Source of the DNA: an uncultured archaeon
GTDB taxonomy: Archaea; Iainarchaeota; Iainarchaeia; JAADDC01
Assembly (NCBI GenBank): GCA_964486025.1
Contig: CAZAKL010000002.1
Span: forward strand, 2,312 to 66,311
Length of the DNA stretch: 64,000 nt
Reading direction: 5' to 3'
Below, piece after piece: positions 36,838-46,892 of this stretch (position 1 is its first letter; every line of letters begins with the position of its first letter). Both the position numbers and the translations under genes were made by a program. The notes beneath the pieces were generated by a model. It was not told the origin of the DNA and searched no databases. It saw only the letters and a list, made by a program, of their open reading frames with translations.

Positions 36838-37386
36838 ATGGAGCCACAGATTATAGAGGGCGGGCTCTGCCCTGCCTGCGGAAAGAAGACGCTGAGGACA
36901 GTTGTCGTTGAAAAGAGCCTTCCCCATTTTGGACGGGCAGTTATAATGACGTCCAAGTGCTCATCGTGCGGATATACACATACAGATGTCATAGAGCTGG
37001 AGGATAAGGGGCACAAGGTTCTTGAGCTAAAGGTGGACAGCCCCGAGAAGTTAAACTACGTTGTTGTTCGCTCCTCATCGGCTTCTCTTCGCATACCGGA
37101 GTTAGATTTGGAACTGCACCCCGGGCCCTTTTCTAACGGGTTTATTACCACTGTAGAGGGAGTTCTGGACCGTTTTGAGGACGCAACCAAAAAGTGGAAC
37201 CCGAGCACGGAGGAGGAGCGCGTACTGAGGGAGAAGGCGCTGAAGGAGATAGCAGATGCAAAGGAAGGGAAAATACCCTTTACGGTCGTACTGGAGGACC
37301 CCCGCGGAGTTTCTGGTATTATACCGCCCGATGACGTACCTTCGCTGCGGGAACGTGGGGAATCTCAGCAATCTCGCGGGGAGTGA
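36838..37386 (+). CDS. ZPR1-type C4 zinc-finger protein (COG1779)
   Basis: CPACGKK...CSSCGY zinc ribbon plus a ZPR1-like beta domain. 182 aa. Confidence 0.7.
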   Translation: MEPQIIEGGLCPACGKKTLRTVVVEKSLPHFGRAVIMTSKCSSCGYTHTDVIELEDKGHKVLELKVDSPEKLNYVVVRSSSASLRIPELDLELHPGPFSNGFITTVEGVLDRFEDATKKWNPSTEEERVLREKALKEIADAKEGKIPFTVVLEDPRGVSGIIPPDDVPSLRERGESQQSRGE

Positions 37387-38839
37387 GCGTCGCCTTCCCC
37401 GTGGCAAGGACGTTGTCGTTCTCGTCGACGATTATAATCTCCATGTTCGGGCGCATCTCTGGGTCGCTGTCCAAGACATGGTCTGTGAGGGGCGAACGCT
37501 TCTTTTCTATTGCTTCCCTCCCGTCCTCGTCCACCACTATCCGTGTGCGGGGGGAGGGTATTAGAGCTACAAGCCACTTTGCCCCGTCAACGCTCGGCAC
37601 AAAGAAGCCATCTTCATAGCGAATAAGCCCGATGTACGTTTCGCCCCTGTATATCTTCCTCGGAATTCCTCTCTTTACCTCCCAGCGGAGCTCCGAGACG
37701 TCCACATCCACACCGTACTGATACTTGAATACCGCCCGTATGACCTCCTCTGGAGACGGCCGTTCCTCGAAGAGCGGCGGGTAGGTTTGGCCAAAGGGGT
37801 ACGTGAACGCGAGGTGTTTGATGTTGACTGCCCTCTCCTTTGCCAGCTTTTTCCCCAGCGCGATTTCAGGTCTGTACTCTTTTTCAAAGAGGTATATGCT
37901 GCTCTGCTTCGGGAAAGGCATGCTCTCAAGCACGTGGTCTGAGTGGACAATGTGTTCAAACCGCTTGAACATGTCGGGATGTGTTAGCGCTCGCCTCCGT
38001 GCATACTCGTAGAGACGGCCCTCCCGTATCGCGTTTCTCGTTCTCCTTATCTCTCCCATAAACTGGAGGAGATTGTGTTCAACGAGAAGCTCTTTATTTC
38101 TTTCAAGGTCGTCCCTCTCCCTGTCTGCGCAGATTTTGCAGGCGCAGGGAAGCTCCTCTATCTCGCGGAGGGGACGGATGGAGGACTCCGTTATGTATAA
38201 TCCCTTGCCCGCGTAGCGTGCATGCGCCCCCGACGCGAAGACGTCCACGCCGAGGGCGGCAAGGAGGGGAATGGTGGCGGGGTGGTGTATTCCGAGGACT
38301 GCGATGCGTTTCGAGCGGGGGGCAATTGCGAGTATTTTCTCGAGGAATTCAGGGTGGTCGGAGTGCGTTCCGTATCCCCATGCCCATTCCTTTGTTGCCT
38401 CCACGAATGCGACGATTTCCTTCTCTGTCCAGCTTGCAGGGATTTCCAGGAAGAGTTCCTTATCGACAATCTCACGTGCTATTTCTGCGTTGACTATTGC
38501 ATCCTCTACACGGGAAGAAGGAAGGGGAGCGATAACGGGGAAGCCCATTTTTGCCTGAACTTCCACGATGTCCTCGCTGGTCACGTCCTCGTCCCCGTAC
38601 TTATCTATCTGCTTCCACCCACTCTCTGGGAGAACAAAGCCGTCGAATTTGAGATAATCCTTCACGTTCTTGCCCAGAATCTGGCGGTAATTCCTGTCTG
38701 TCCATATCCGATAGACGTTGACGAGGATTCCGTCTGTATCTGGAGCGGGTGGGCCGTATACGGAGGGGAAGAATGCCGGATATGTGATTCCATCCGCTTC
38801 CATGAGCCTCGCTGCCAGGTCGCGGGCACGAATCTTCAT
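37319..38839 (-). CDS. tgtA: archaeosine tRNA-guanine transglycosylase (ArcTGT) with C-terminal PUA domain
   Basis: TGT TIM-barrel with the zinc site CACKIC...H and C-terminal PUA-like extensions. 506 aa. Confidence 0.85.
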   Translation of the reverse strand: MKIRARDLAARLMEADGITYPAFFPSVYGPPAPDTDGILVNVYRIWTDRNYRQILGKNVKDYLKFDGFVLPESGWKQIDKYGDEDVTSEDIVEVQAKMGFPVIAPLPSSRVEDAIVNAEIAREIVDKELFLEIPASWTEKEIVAFVEATKEWAWGYGTHSDHPEFLEKILAIAPRSKRIAVLGIHHPATIPLLAALGVDVFASGAHARYAGKGLYITESSIRPLREIEELPCACKICADRERDDLERNKELLVEHNLLQFMGEIRRTRNAIREGRLYEYARRRALTHPDMFKRFEHIVHSDHVLESMPFPKQSSIYLFEKEYRPEIALGKKLAKERAVNIKHLAFTYPFGQTYPPLFEERPSPEEVIRAVFKYQYGVDVDVSELRWEVKRGIPRKIYRGETYIGLIRYEDGFFVPSVDGAKWLVALIPSPRTRIVVDEDGREAIEKKRSPLTDHVLDSDPEMRPNMEIIIVDENDNVLATGKATLTPREIAEIPHVPAAKVRHRAV

Positions 38840-40047
38840 ACCTTATACCTCAGTATTGCCCCGACACCGCCGAACCCGCGGGCCATTTTCTGGCCCTCCT
38901 CGGTGTCAGGGGATATGAAGAAAATCTTTGCACCTGTATCCTCTGCCATCTTTATCATTTCCTCAATCGCGTCCTCTATGACGTCGAGTTCCATTTCTGC
39001 ACCGCAGTTGGGGCATTTGTATGGCTTTTTCAGGTCCTCTGCATTCTTTGCAACGCGTTCCTCCTCGTGGCCACACTTCGGGCAGACGTACTTCCCCAGC
39101 CAGGCCTCCGCGTTTTCCACCACGAGAAGCGTGTCCACTCGCCCCTCCTTCAGGGCCTTGTATACGTTGTTCAAGCCGTAGTCCGCGAGGCCTCCCTTGA
39201 CGATTTCGCCGATGAACTTTTCCACGGCCTTTTTCTGGCGTACGATTTCGGCGTCCCTCAGGATTTCCTCTGCGCTGTCTATCGCCTCGCGTATGCCGTA
39301 CTCGTTTGTGTAACCCGTGTCGATTATACCGAGAATTTTCTGCTTGAGGCGGGGATCGAGATAGTCCTTGTTGTAGAACTCGTTCTTCTTCGGTCCGGGG
39401 CCCGCGAGTATGATGCCCTTCAGCTTATCCCCCAGCTCGAGAAAGACTTCCTTCGCCTCTTCAGCCACCTTCTTCATGTACTCGTGGTCCGCTATTTCCC
39501 GCAGTCGCTCAAATCGACGGGCGGACTGACCACCCGCGTGGTGCTTTCCCGGCGCGAGGGACCTTATTCGGGCGACGATGTCAAAAGTGTTGCCCTTTAT
39601 GAGCGCGAGCGTTGCTTCTTTTCCATCCATTGCGATTACGCCGTAGTACTCCGTTGGCTTTATCATCTCCTTCAGGGGCTCGAGGTAGAATGTCGAATCG
39701 CATCGATAAATCTTGGAAACCGGCTGGGGTGGCGCCACGGAGAATAGACGGATATCCTGCTCCCCCGGCTTGGGAGAGATGTTTCCGCAGAATATGACGA
39801 GGCCATTTTCGGGGAGCTTGTAGTCGATAGCCTTCAGATAGTTCATTATCTTTGCAAGGGCTGCCTGAACATTTTTTCTGGTTGTTTTGTCCTTTATGTT
39901 TCCCGCCTTGCTGTGCTCGTCCGTCAGCATGCTCATTATGTCGCCTCTCGGGTACTTTGGTGGGATGTACAGTGAGATTAGTTGTGTTCCGGTGCCGCGA
40001 ATGTTCTCTAGCTCCCTTACGAGGCGCTTTAGAAACGCGTCATCCAT
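38836..40047 (-). CDS. prf1: peptide chain release factor aRF1
   Basis: NIKD (NIKS-like) and GGQ motifs. C-terminal domain carries a CxxC...CxxC mini zinc ribbon. Stop overlaps the tgtA start. Confidence 0.9.
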   Translation of the reverse strand: MDDAFLKRLVRELENIRGTGTQLISLYIPPKYPRGDIMSMLTDEHSKAGNIKDKTTRKNVQAALAKIMNYLKAIDYKLPENGLVIFCGNISPKPGEQDIRLFSVAPPQPVSKIYRCDSTFYLEPLKEMIKPTEYYGVIAMDGKEATLALIKGNTFDIVARIRSLAPGKHHAGGQSARRFERLREIADHEYMKKVAEEAKEVFLELGDKLKGIILAGPGPKKNEFYNKDYLDPRLKQKILGIIDTGYTNEYGIREAIDSAEEILRDAEIVRQKKAVEKFIGEIVKGGLADYGLNNVYKALKEGRVDTLLVVENAEAWLGKYVCPKCGHEEERVAKNAEDLKKPYKCPNCGAEMELDVIEDAIEEMIKMAEDTGAKIFFISPDTEEGQKMARGFGGVGAILRYKV

Positions 40048-40091
40048 GCTGGCTCCCCTTCCTTTTTATAGTGGGGGAACGTTTTTTATGC

Positions 40092-40775
40092 ATGCCCGAG
40101 CGCTACGTAATCTCCGTTGGCGGTTCCGTTATGGTGCCTGACCGGATAGACGTCCAGTGGGTACGGAAGTTCGGGCGCGTCATCGACTACTTCTTTGACC
40201 ATGGTGTGCATTTCGCGCTCGTTGCCGGCGGCGGTCGGACTGCGAGGGACTACGCATGGGCTGTCCGCCTTCTCGGAGGCTCCAAGACGCTTCAGGACCA
40301 GGCGGGCATACTCGCCACGAAGATGAACGCCTGGCTCCTTATATCTGCCCTTGAATCTGCGTATCCCGAGCCGCTCTCGGATATATGGCGCGCCAAGGCA
40401 TACATGGGGAGGTGGATACCCGTCGTGCACGGGGCCATTCCGGGCGTGACGTCAGACTATGCGGCAGCCCTTATAGCCGAGGCGACGAACGCTGCTCTCA
40501 TCAACATCACCAACGTGGACGGCGTCTTCGACAAAAACCCTTTCAAGAGCCCGGATGCTCGCCTGTTGGAGCGGCTAACGCATGAGGAGTTTGTATCGCT
40601 CGTTGAATCGGTTGATACGAGGGACCCCGGTGCCCACACGCCAATGGACATCGCCGCCGCGAAAATCCTGCAGAGATCCAAGATAAAGACGTACGTTGTG
40701 GGGAAGGACCTGCACAATCTGCACCGTCTCCTTGAGGGAAAGAGTTTCAAAGGGACGACAATATCAAGCCAGTAG
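40092..40775 (+). CDS. pyrH: uridylate (UMP) kinase
   Basis: Amino-acid-kinase fold MPERYVISVGGSVM...VVHGA. 227 aa. Confidence 0.85.
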   Translation: MPERYVISVGGSVMVPDRIDVQWVRKFGRVIDYFFDHGVHFALVAGGGRTARDYAWAVRLLGGSKTLQDQAGILATKMNAWLLISALESAYPEPLSDIWRAKAYMGRWIPVVHGAIPGVTSDYAAALIAEATNAALINITNVDGVFDKNPFKSPDARLLERLTHEEFVSLVESVDTRDPGAHTPMDIAAAKILQRSKIKTYVVGKDLHNLHRLLEGKSFKGTTISSQ

Positions 40776-41529
40776 CTGCAAAGAGCAGCTCGGGAAGCGC
40801 TATGCTAGGTATCGCGGGGAGGACACGCTTCCACCTTTTTGCCAGGCGCATTGTCCATACAAGCCCGAGCGTTGCCCCTGCCGCTGCTAGTATTGCCGGT
40901 AGAAGTCCGACCCTTAGGAGTGATACGGCAAATATCCCCGGAATCGCAACATCTCCCGCCCCGAGCATGTGTACCCTGCTTTCCTTTGCTACCCTTCCAT
41001 CCCTGTCCGCTGTTGCTCCCAGCGCCCGCGCAAGTGTGACCATGTGTTTTGTTATGAAGACGGAGATGTAGTCGTAAACTGCGAAGAGGGCAATCAAGAG
41101 TGCTGCGACCGTGGGTTCCAGCGACGTACCCACGACCGCGGTGGCCACGGAGATTATTGTGATTGTGGAGATGTTCTGGACCAGGGTGCTTCGCCACCAT
41201 ATAATTCTTGACACCACTGCGAGAAATGGCAGCGTGCTGGGCAAATTGTAGCTCAATGTAATTACGGAAGTCGTTGCGAAGAGGAAGAACAGCTCGAGGG
41301 CATCTATGATGTATTTCAGGAGCCATGGCCAGAGCCTTATGATTATGAGGAAGAATGCGGTTGCAAGGATGACGTATATGAAGAACATTCCAGCAGTTTC
41401 CGGCTCTCTTCCCTCTGCAGGCACTTCTGAGGGCGGCGGCCAGGCGAAAAGAAGGGAAAGGGCCATTGCTACGATGTATAGCACTACAATTGTCCTGAAA
41501 CTGCCCTTGAGTGCCAGCACGTTAGACAC
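40747..41529 (-). CDS. presenilin/signal-peptide-peptidase family intramembrane aspartyl protease homolog
   Basis: YD (AVYDYISVF), GxGD (LGAGDVAIPG) and PAL-like (LPAIPSIALP) motifs in successive TM helices. 260 aa. Confidence 0.6.
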   Translation of the reverse strand: MSNVLALKGSFRTIVVLYIVAMALSLLFAWPPPSEVPAEGREPETAGMFFIYVILATAFFLIIIRLWPWLLKYIIDALELFFLFATTSVITLSYNLPSTLPFLAVVSRIIWWRSTLVQNISTITIISVATAVVGTSLEPTVAALLIALFAVYDYISVFITKHMVTLARALGATADRDGRVAKESRVHMLGAGDVAIPGIFAVSLLRVGLLPAILAAAGATLGLVWTMRLAKRWKRVLPAIPSIALPELLFAATGLILSSL

Positions 41530-42727
41530 CGACCGTTACGCCACGCTGGTTGACTGAGACCTTGTCGATGGGGACGCGAATCTGCTTTTTACCGGCGGAA
41601 ATGATTATTGCCCTTCCCTCCGGGTCCAAAGCTTTAACCTTTCCCAGGCGAACGCCGTTCTTGCTGTAGGCCTCCACCCCAACGATTTTCCTTGACTGCT
41701 TTATGCTTTCCTCAAATATTGACGCTATCTGGGACACCACGAGGTAGAAGAAGATACTTGTTAGCGACACAACGTAGAGCTCAGTCATAGTCGCGCTCTG
41801 GGACAGTATTCGCATCGTGGCATCCACAATTACCCAGAAAATGGTGACGACTGCCATGTACCTTACGTATTTACCGATGAGGAACGCCTTCTTGTGTGTG
41901 TGGGCATCCATGCCACGGCCGAAAAGGTACAGAATTGCAGAGAGCGATGCGAATCCCGTTATGGACCGTATTGCCTCGTATATGCCCGCCTCGCCCGGGA
42001 GGGCAATGATGTTTCTGTATCCAGAGTATGCTGCCATGACGAGGAGCGCAAGGGAGATTATGTAGAATGGAGCTCCCGGGCCACGCAGGGAAATCCCCTT
42101 TATGATTGAGCGCGCCCAATCGCCTATGGCCGTGTCTGCACCTGTTGCAATTGCCAGAAAGTAGATGCCAACGATTCCAAGTATTATCTTTACGGCTAGG
42201 TCTCCCAGCAATGCCCAGAGGATGAATGCAATGCCCGGGACGCCAAAGAGGATTGCGGCGATATCCTTGTCGCGGATGGCATTCTTTATTACGTAGTACG
42301 TGCGCTCCAGCTGAACGGCCTGTTTCACCACAACTGTCTTTTTCGATATGATTGGCGCGTACGAGACTATTATGGGGATGACTTGGTCGTCCTCCGCGCC
42401 GTCCGTGACGAAGACAACGCCGTCCGCGGGGAACTCCTGGAACACGTGTTTCAGTTGATTATTAATGTTCTGGTCCGCTATGAATCCGAGATTTTTGTGT
42501 CCGGTGACCGTGGCGACCTCTACATTCTTCCCCTCTTTCCTCAGCTCCCGAGCAAGTTTGACAGCTGCGAATATTGTGTTCGCGTCGCTATCCTCTGGGT
42601 CTGCAAGTGCAAGTTTCATGGCTGCATCTATGTTGGCGTCATCGCCCAAGATTGGGCCCCTTACCCCTGCTTTCACGCCCAAATCGTCGTCCCGGTCCAC
42701 TGCGAGAACGAGGATTTTCTCGGCCAT
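41522..42727 (-). CDS. DUF373-type archaeal membrane protein, hypothetical
   Basis: Soluble N-terminal domain followed by about 7 TM. 401 aa. Confidence 0.5.
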   Translation of the reverse strand: MAEKILVLAVDRDDDLGVKAGVRGPILGDDANIDAAMKLALADPEDSDANTIFAAVKLARELRKEGKNVEVATVTGHKNLGFIADQNINNQLKHVFQEFPADGVVFVTDGAEDDQVIPIIVSYAPIISKKTVVVKQAVQLERTYYVIKNAIRDKDIAAILFGVPGIAFILWALLGDLAVKIILGIVGIYFLAIATGADTAIGDWARSIIKGISLRGPGAPFYIISLALLVMAAYSGYRNIIALPGEAGIYEAIRSITGFASLSAILYLFGRGMDAHTHKKAFLIGKYVRYMAVVTIFWVIVDATMRILSQSATMTELYVVSLTSIFFYLVVSQIASIFEESIKQSRKIVGVEAYSKNGVRLGKVKALDPEGRAIIISAGKKQIRVPIDKVSVNQRGVTVGV

Positions 42728-42762
42728 GATAATTAAAATATCCCCTTATCCTCTTTTTAAGT

Positions 42763-43725
42763 ATGGATCAGCAGGCGAAAAAGGCGCTCATTTTTGGTGT
42801 GATACTCGTAATCACACTTCTAGCAATCGTTGGCGTCGTTTATGCTGCCACAACGCAGGAGTATGTCTATTTAGTTGTAGGGGTTCTTATTCTGCTCCTC
42901 GTTATCGGCTCAATGAAGTACGATGTCCTCCTCCAGCTGAATGAATACGAGCGTGCAGTCGTATTCCGCTTCGGTCATTTTCACAGTGTTCGTGGCCCGG
43001 GATGGACGTTTATCATTCCCTTCGTGGAGAGCTACGTAAAGGTCGATATGCGTACCGAGACACTTGACGTGGCACCCCAGAAGGTTATCACAAAGGACAA
43101 CATCGAGGTAACCGTCGACGCAGTGGTCTACTTGAAGGTTACGGACCCTGCAAAGGCTGTTCTCAAAGTTCAGGACTACAAAACCGCAGCAGTCCTCTAT
43201 GTTGAATCCACTCTGCGTGAGATTGCCGGCCGCATGACTGCAGAGGAGATAATATCCAACGTGGACAAGATAAACTCTCAGCTGCGCGACGATTTACAAA
43301 GGGTCGCGAGGGACTGGGGCGTCAGCATCGTTTCTGTTGAGTTGAAGCGTGTTGAACTGCCCTCCGAGCTTATGGAGGCTATGCACCAGCGCAGGGAGGC
43401 GGAGCAGAGGAAATACGCTGCAATGCAGGAGGCAGAGGCGGAGAAAGTAAAGATAGAGGCAGTAAAGGCTGCTGCAGGGGAACTGAATGAAAAGGCCCTC
43501 GCGTACTACTATCTCAAGGCGCTGGAGCAAATCGCGTCGGGAAAGGCGACGAAGATTGTCCTCCCCCTCGAGGTATCTTCCCTTGCCCAGAGCATATCTG
43601 CGGCCCTTGGCGGCGCAGTGAGTCCGCAGAAGGTGGAGAAGGATTTAGAGGGGAAGTACTCATACCTCCTCGAAGAATACAGGAAGTTGCTTGAAACGAA
43701 GAGGTCAGCTTCCGGGAAGAAATGA
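42763..43725 (+). CDS. SPFH/band-7 (stomatin-like) protein
   Basis: N-terminal TM followed by an SPFH domain and a C-terminal coiled coil. Confidence 0.85.
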   Translation: MDQQAKKALIFGVILVITLLAIVGVVYAATTQEYVYLVVGVLILLLVIGSMKYDVLLQLNEYERAVVFRFGHFHSVRGPGWTFIIPFVESYVKVDMRTETLDVAPQKVITKDNIEVTVDAVVYLKVTDPAKAVLKVQDYKTAAVLYVESTLREIAGRMTAEEIISNVDKINSQLRDDLQRVARDWGVSIVSVELKRVELPSELMEAMHQRREAEQRKYAAMQEAEAEKVKIEAVKAAAGELNEKALAYYYLKALEQIASGKATKIVLPLEVSSLAQSISAALGGAVSPQKVEKDLEGKYSYLLEEYRKLLETKRSASGKK

Positions 43726-44499
43726 TGACTCTATAGCGGCCCCCAGGTAGAGCAACAGAATGCCCGTTATGAGAAATATGAGCGCGTCGCGTATCAGGTG
43801 GCCGTTCCATCCCTTTTGGAGTATGGCGAGCGATATCAGGGCGCCCGTGAACCCTGCTATTACGTATGCGCCATACTCTATTATGCCGTGGGGTAGAATA
43901 CCTAGGAAGTGGATAATTCCGCTTAGAATCGAGCCGCTTTCCTGAATTTTCGACGCGAGAAGCGTGGCGATGACGGAAGCATTCCAAGTAAGTATGAATA
44001 CGCCGCCCGTCCCGTATATGAACGAGAGTAGGACGCCTATGGTGTAAACGCGCATGTTGTTCCAGAATATGATGTTGAAAACTCTCGGGGAGACAGCATT
44101 TCCGGTTATACTCGATCTGACGCTCTCTACAAATCCCAGGTCTTTCATCTGGAAGTCAGTCGCCGCTGCAAACTCAGACGGAGATAGCATGAGGTACGCC
44201 GTCGTGAATCCGGCGATCTCTCCAAAGAAGAACCAGAGATATAGAGCAACGACACGCGCCTCTCGCGTAAATACGCTCTTGGGATAGAGGTCAAGCATGT
44301 CGCTCTCGAACTCGACAATCTTGAGTATGAGCGGGACACCTGCAATTGTTGCGAGGGAAACTGCGAGTATGCTTGCTGCTGAGCTGTGTAGAAGGAGCGC
44401 AAGGGGCACCGATATTACGGTGTATACAAATCCGGCGGCGAACATGAGCATCGGGCGCCCTTCGACATCCCTTGCGCCGAAGATGTATTCAAAAACCAC
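43705..44499 (-). CDS. SpoIIM/DUF95-like integral membrane protein
   Basis: 264 aa, about 6 TM. Confidence 0.5.
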   Translation of the reverse strand: MVFEYIFGARDVEGRPMLMFAAGFVYTVISVPLALLLHSSAASILAVSLATIAGVPLILKIVEFESDMLDLYPKSVFTREARVVALYLWFFFGEIAGFTTAYLMLSPSEFAAATDFQMKDLGFVESVRSSITGNAVSPRVFNIIFWNNMRVYTIGVLLSFIYGTGGVFILTWNASVIATLLASKIQESGSILSGIIHFLGILPHGIIEYGAYVIAGFTGALISLAILQKGWNGHLIRDALIFLITGILLLYLGAAIESSFLPGS

Positions 44500-44546
44500 G
44501 TGAAAATATGATCACCTTTATTAAAATTCGTGGGCATCTTTTCTTC

Positions 44547-44837
44547 ATGGCAGATCTGTCCTATGTTAAGGGTCGTCTCGAGGGCCTCTTTGAGCTGGTA
44601 ACGCTTCTGAAGGATATGGCGCACGGCGATGTTTCTGGAAGCCCGGAGATGCTTCAGAAGATGGTTGATCACATTTACGTCGAGCTCGGCGAGATACTTG
44701 ACGTTCTGGGGTCCAATGCAGCTGCAGATGCCAGAAAAACCGTGCCCATAGTTTCAAAGGCGGCCAAGAAGGAGTCCGGGAGCGCTGTCAAGGCAAAGGA
44801 CGTGCTCTCGGAACTGCTCACAAAGGAAGACGAGTGA
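44547..44837 (+). CDS. small hypothetical protein (about 96 aa)
   Basis: ATG at 44547. Stop overlaps the csl4 GTG start. Confidence 0.4.
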   Translation: MADLSYVKGRLEGLFELVTLLKDMAHGDVSGSPEMLQKMVDHIYVELGEILDVLGSNAAADARKTVPIVSKAAKKESGSAVKAKDVLSELLTKEDE

Positions 44838-45415
44838 AGGTGGTTGGTTTGTTTGTTACCCCCGGCGAGAAGCTCGCGGAAGTAGAGGAGTTCATGCCCT
44901 CTGACGGTGCCTATGAGGAAGAGGGTATTGTGTATGCGTCGACGATTGGAGAGCCACGTTTCGACGAACTGGAGCACGAGGTACGCGTAGATGCACCGGT
45001 AAAGGTCCCTCGGCTCAACGTTGTGAATTCCATAGTTTACGGGAGGATTGTCCAGACCTTTGATCAGTACGCTGTCGTTGAACTCTTTCCATACAAGACG
45101 AGGCGGTTCCGTCTCGTTCCACCCTCCAAGTTTGCCACTATTCACATATCCAATGTGGCCAAGCGTTACGTGGAGAACGTCAGACAGGAGTTTGGCGTTG
45201 GGGACTGGATCCGCGCCAAGATTGTCGGCATCCAGAAGCGCCGCTTCGTTCAGCTCTCCACGGAGGGAGCTAACTACGGCATAATTAAGGCATACTGTCC
45301 ACATTGCAGGCGGCCCCTTTCGAGAAGGGGTGCGGTGCTCTACTGCCCACGTTGTAAGCGTACGTTCAAGAGGAAAATTGCGCAGGATTACGGCATGCCG
45401 AAGCTTCCGAGGTGA
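44834..45415 (+). CDS. csl4: exosome subunit Csl4 (S1 domain plus zinc ribbon)
   Basis: N-domain, S1 domain and C-terminal CPHC...CPRC. Conserved csl4-rpoL linkage. Confidence 0.85.
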   Translation: MKVVGLFVTPGEKLAEVEEFMPSDGAYEEEGIVYASTIGEPRFDELEHEVRVDAPVKVPRLNVVNSIVYGRIVQTFDQYAVVELFPYKTRRFRLVPPSKFATIHISNVAKRYVENVRQEFGVGDWIRAKIVGIQKRRFVQLSTEGANYGIIKAYCPHCRRPLSRRGAVLYCPRCKRTFKRKIAQDYGMPKLPR

Positions 45416-45419
45416 TTGT

Positions 45420-45692
45420 ATGGATGTAAAAATCCTCAAGGAGACGGATAAGGAACTGGAGATTGAGATTACAGGTGATAAGACGATTCCTGTCCTTCTG
45501 AAGTCATATCTGGTTCAGGATGAGAATGTGGAATTCGCGGCATTCGCTCTTGGGCATCCTCTTGAGGGCAAGACGAAGCTCTTTGTCCGCGTGAAGTCTG
45601 GGAACCCGAGAGAAGTTGTGAAGGCAGCCGTAGAGCGTGCAAAGGCAGACTTTATTACATTCAGGACTGCCTTTGAAGAGGCTCTGAAATGA
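45420..45692 (+). CDS. rpoL: RNA polymerase subunit L (Rpo11)
   Basis: 90 aa: MDVKILKETDKELEIEITGD... Confidence 0.85.
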   Translation: MDVKILKETDKELEIEITGDKTIPVLLKSYLVQDENVEFAAFALGHPLEGKTKLFVRVKSGNPREVVKAAVERAKADFITFRTAFEEALK

Positions 45693-46240
45693 TCCGCGCG
45701 GTTGGCGTGGATGACGGGTTCTTCAGACGACCGGGGCCGAGGGCCCCCCTTGTTGCCATTCTCATGCGCGGGACGCTTGTGGAGGGCGTTTTATACAGGG
45801 AGGTCAGCGTTGACGGAAACGATGTTACCGATGTTCTGGCTGACGCGTTAACACATTCAAAGTATGCTGGTCAGGCAGGGGTGGTGTTTACCTCCGGTAC
45901 AATGTTTGCCGGTACGAATGTTCTCGATCTTGCGCGTTTGCATGAGCGCGTTGGTGTCCCCGTGGTCGCCGTTCTTAGAAGGGGGCCGTCCGAGCGTTTC
46001 AACGCACTTGTTTCACACCTTTCCGATGAGAAAAGGAAAATATTGCGGAGCAACCCTCCCCTTTCACCCCTTGAGACCAAGAAGGGGACGCTCTACGTCT
46101 CTGTCGTGGGCATAGACTACCCCTCCGTTAAAAGGGTTGTGGAGGATTATCAGATATACTCCGTGCTGCCGGAACCACTTCGGCTGGCGCATATCGTGGC
46201 ATCGGCTATAGGGCTGGGTGAGTCTCGTGGGCGTCCTTGA
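45689..46240 (+). CDS. DUF99/UPF0215-family protein
   Basis: Conserved archaeal family found downstream of rpoL. ATGA overlap with rpoL. Confidence 0.65.
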   Translation: MIRAVGVDDGFFRRPGPRAPLVAILMRGTLVEGVLYREVSVDGNDVTDVLADALTHSKYAGQAGVVFTSGTMFAGTNVLDLARLHERVGVPVVAVLRRGPSERFNALVSHLSDEKRKILRSNPPLSPLETKKGTLYVSVVGIDYPSVKRVVEDYQIYSVLPEPLRLAHIVASAIGLGESRGRP

Positions 46241-46880
46241 GAAGCTGGATCCATTTTACTGGTTTGACCGCTTTTGGTTTCGCTTCGTCGGCAAACCCTC
46301 CACCACAGGCGAGAAGGTAGTGTACCACGCCGCAGAAGTGTTCTATGCGGTCATAGTTGCGTATGTCATTTACATGCTTCTTGGAGTTCTCTTCAACACG
46401 CCCAAGCCCGCTGTCATCGTCGCGTCCCAGTCCATGGTTCCGACGCTGCAGGTGGGGGATATAGTCCTCGTCCGCGGTGGCGATATCTCTGCACCCACCG
46501 TGGAGGTAAACGTCCCCCTCTACGGAAAACCCCTTGCCGAGACGCCCATCCACCTCATTCACAGGGGAGTTGCAATAGCGGGCTTCGAGGTGGACGGAAA
46601 CTACGTCCCCCTCGAGCGTAACGGCGATATCATCGTGTACTACAACGATATATACCACGTTGACATCGTTCACCGCGCAGTTCTGAAAATAATAGCTCCT
46701 GACGGCGTTTTCTTCCTGACGAAGGGAGACAACGACGCAACGAACCCCACAATTGACCAGGACTGTGAGTTGGGAAAATGCATATACCTTTACCCTATTC
46801 CCGAGCAGCAGGTTTATGGCAAGGTCTTCTTCAGAATACCCCGCATCGGTATTATCAAGCTATGGCTCTTCGGCAGGTAA
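46218..46880 (+). CDS. signal peptidase I (archaeal/Sec11 type, S26B)
   Basis: N-terminal TM and the catalytic Ser motif SQSMVPTL. Confidence 0.75.
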   Translation: MSLVGVLEKLDPFYWFDRFWFRFVGKPSTTGEKVVYHAAEVFYAVIVAYVIYMLLGVLFNTPKPAVIVASQSMVPTLQVGDIVLVRGGDISAPTVEVNVPLYGKPLAETPIHLIHRGVAIAGFEVDGNYVPLERNGDIIVYYNDIYHVDIVHRAVLKIIAPDGVFFLTKGDNDATNPTIDQDCELGKCIYLYPIPEQQVYGKVFFRIPRIGIIKLWLFGR

Positions 46881-46892
46881 AAAGAGAGGGAG

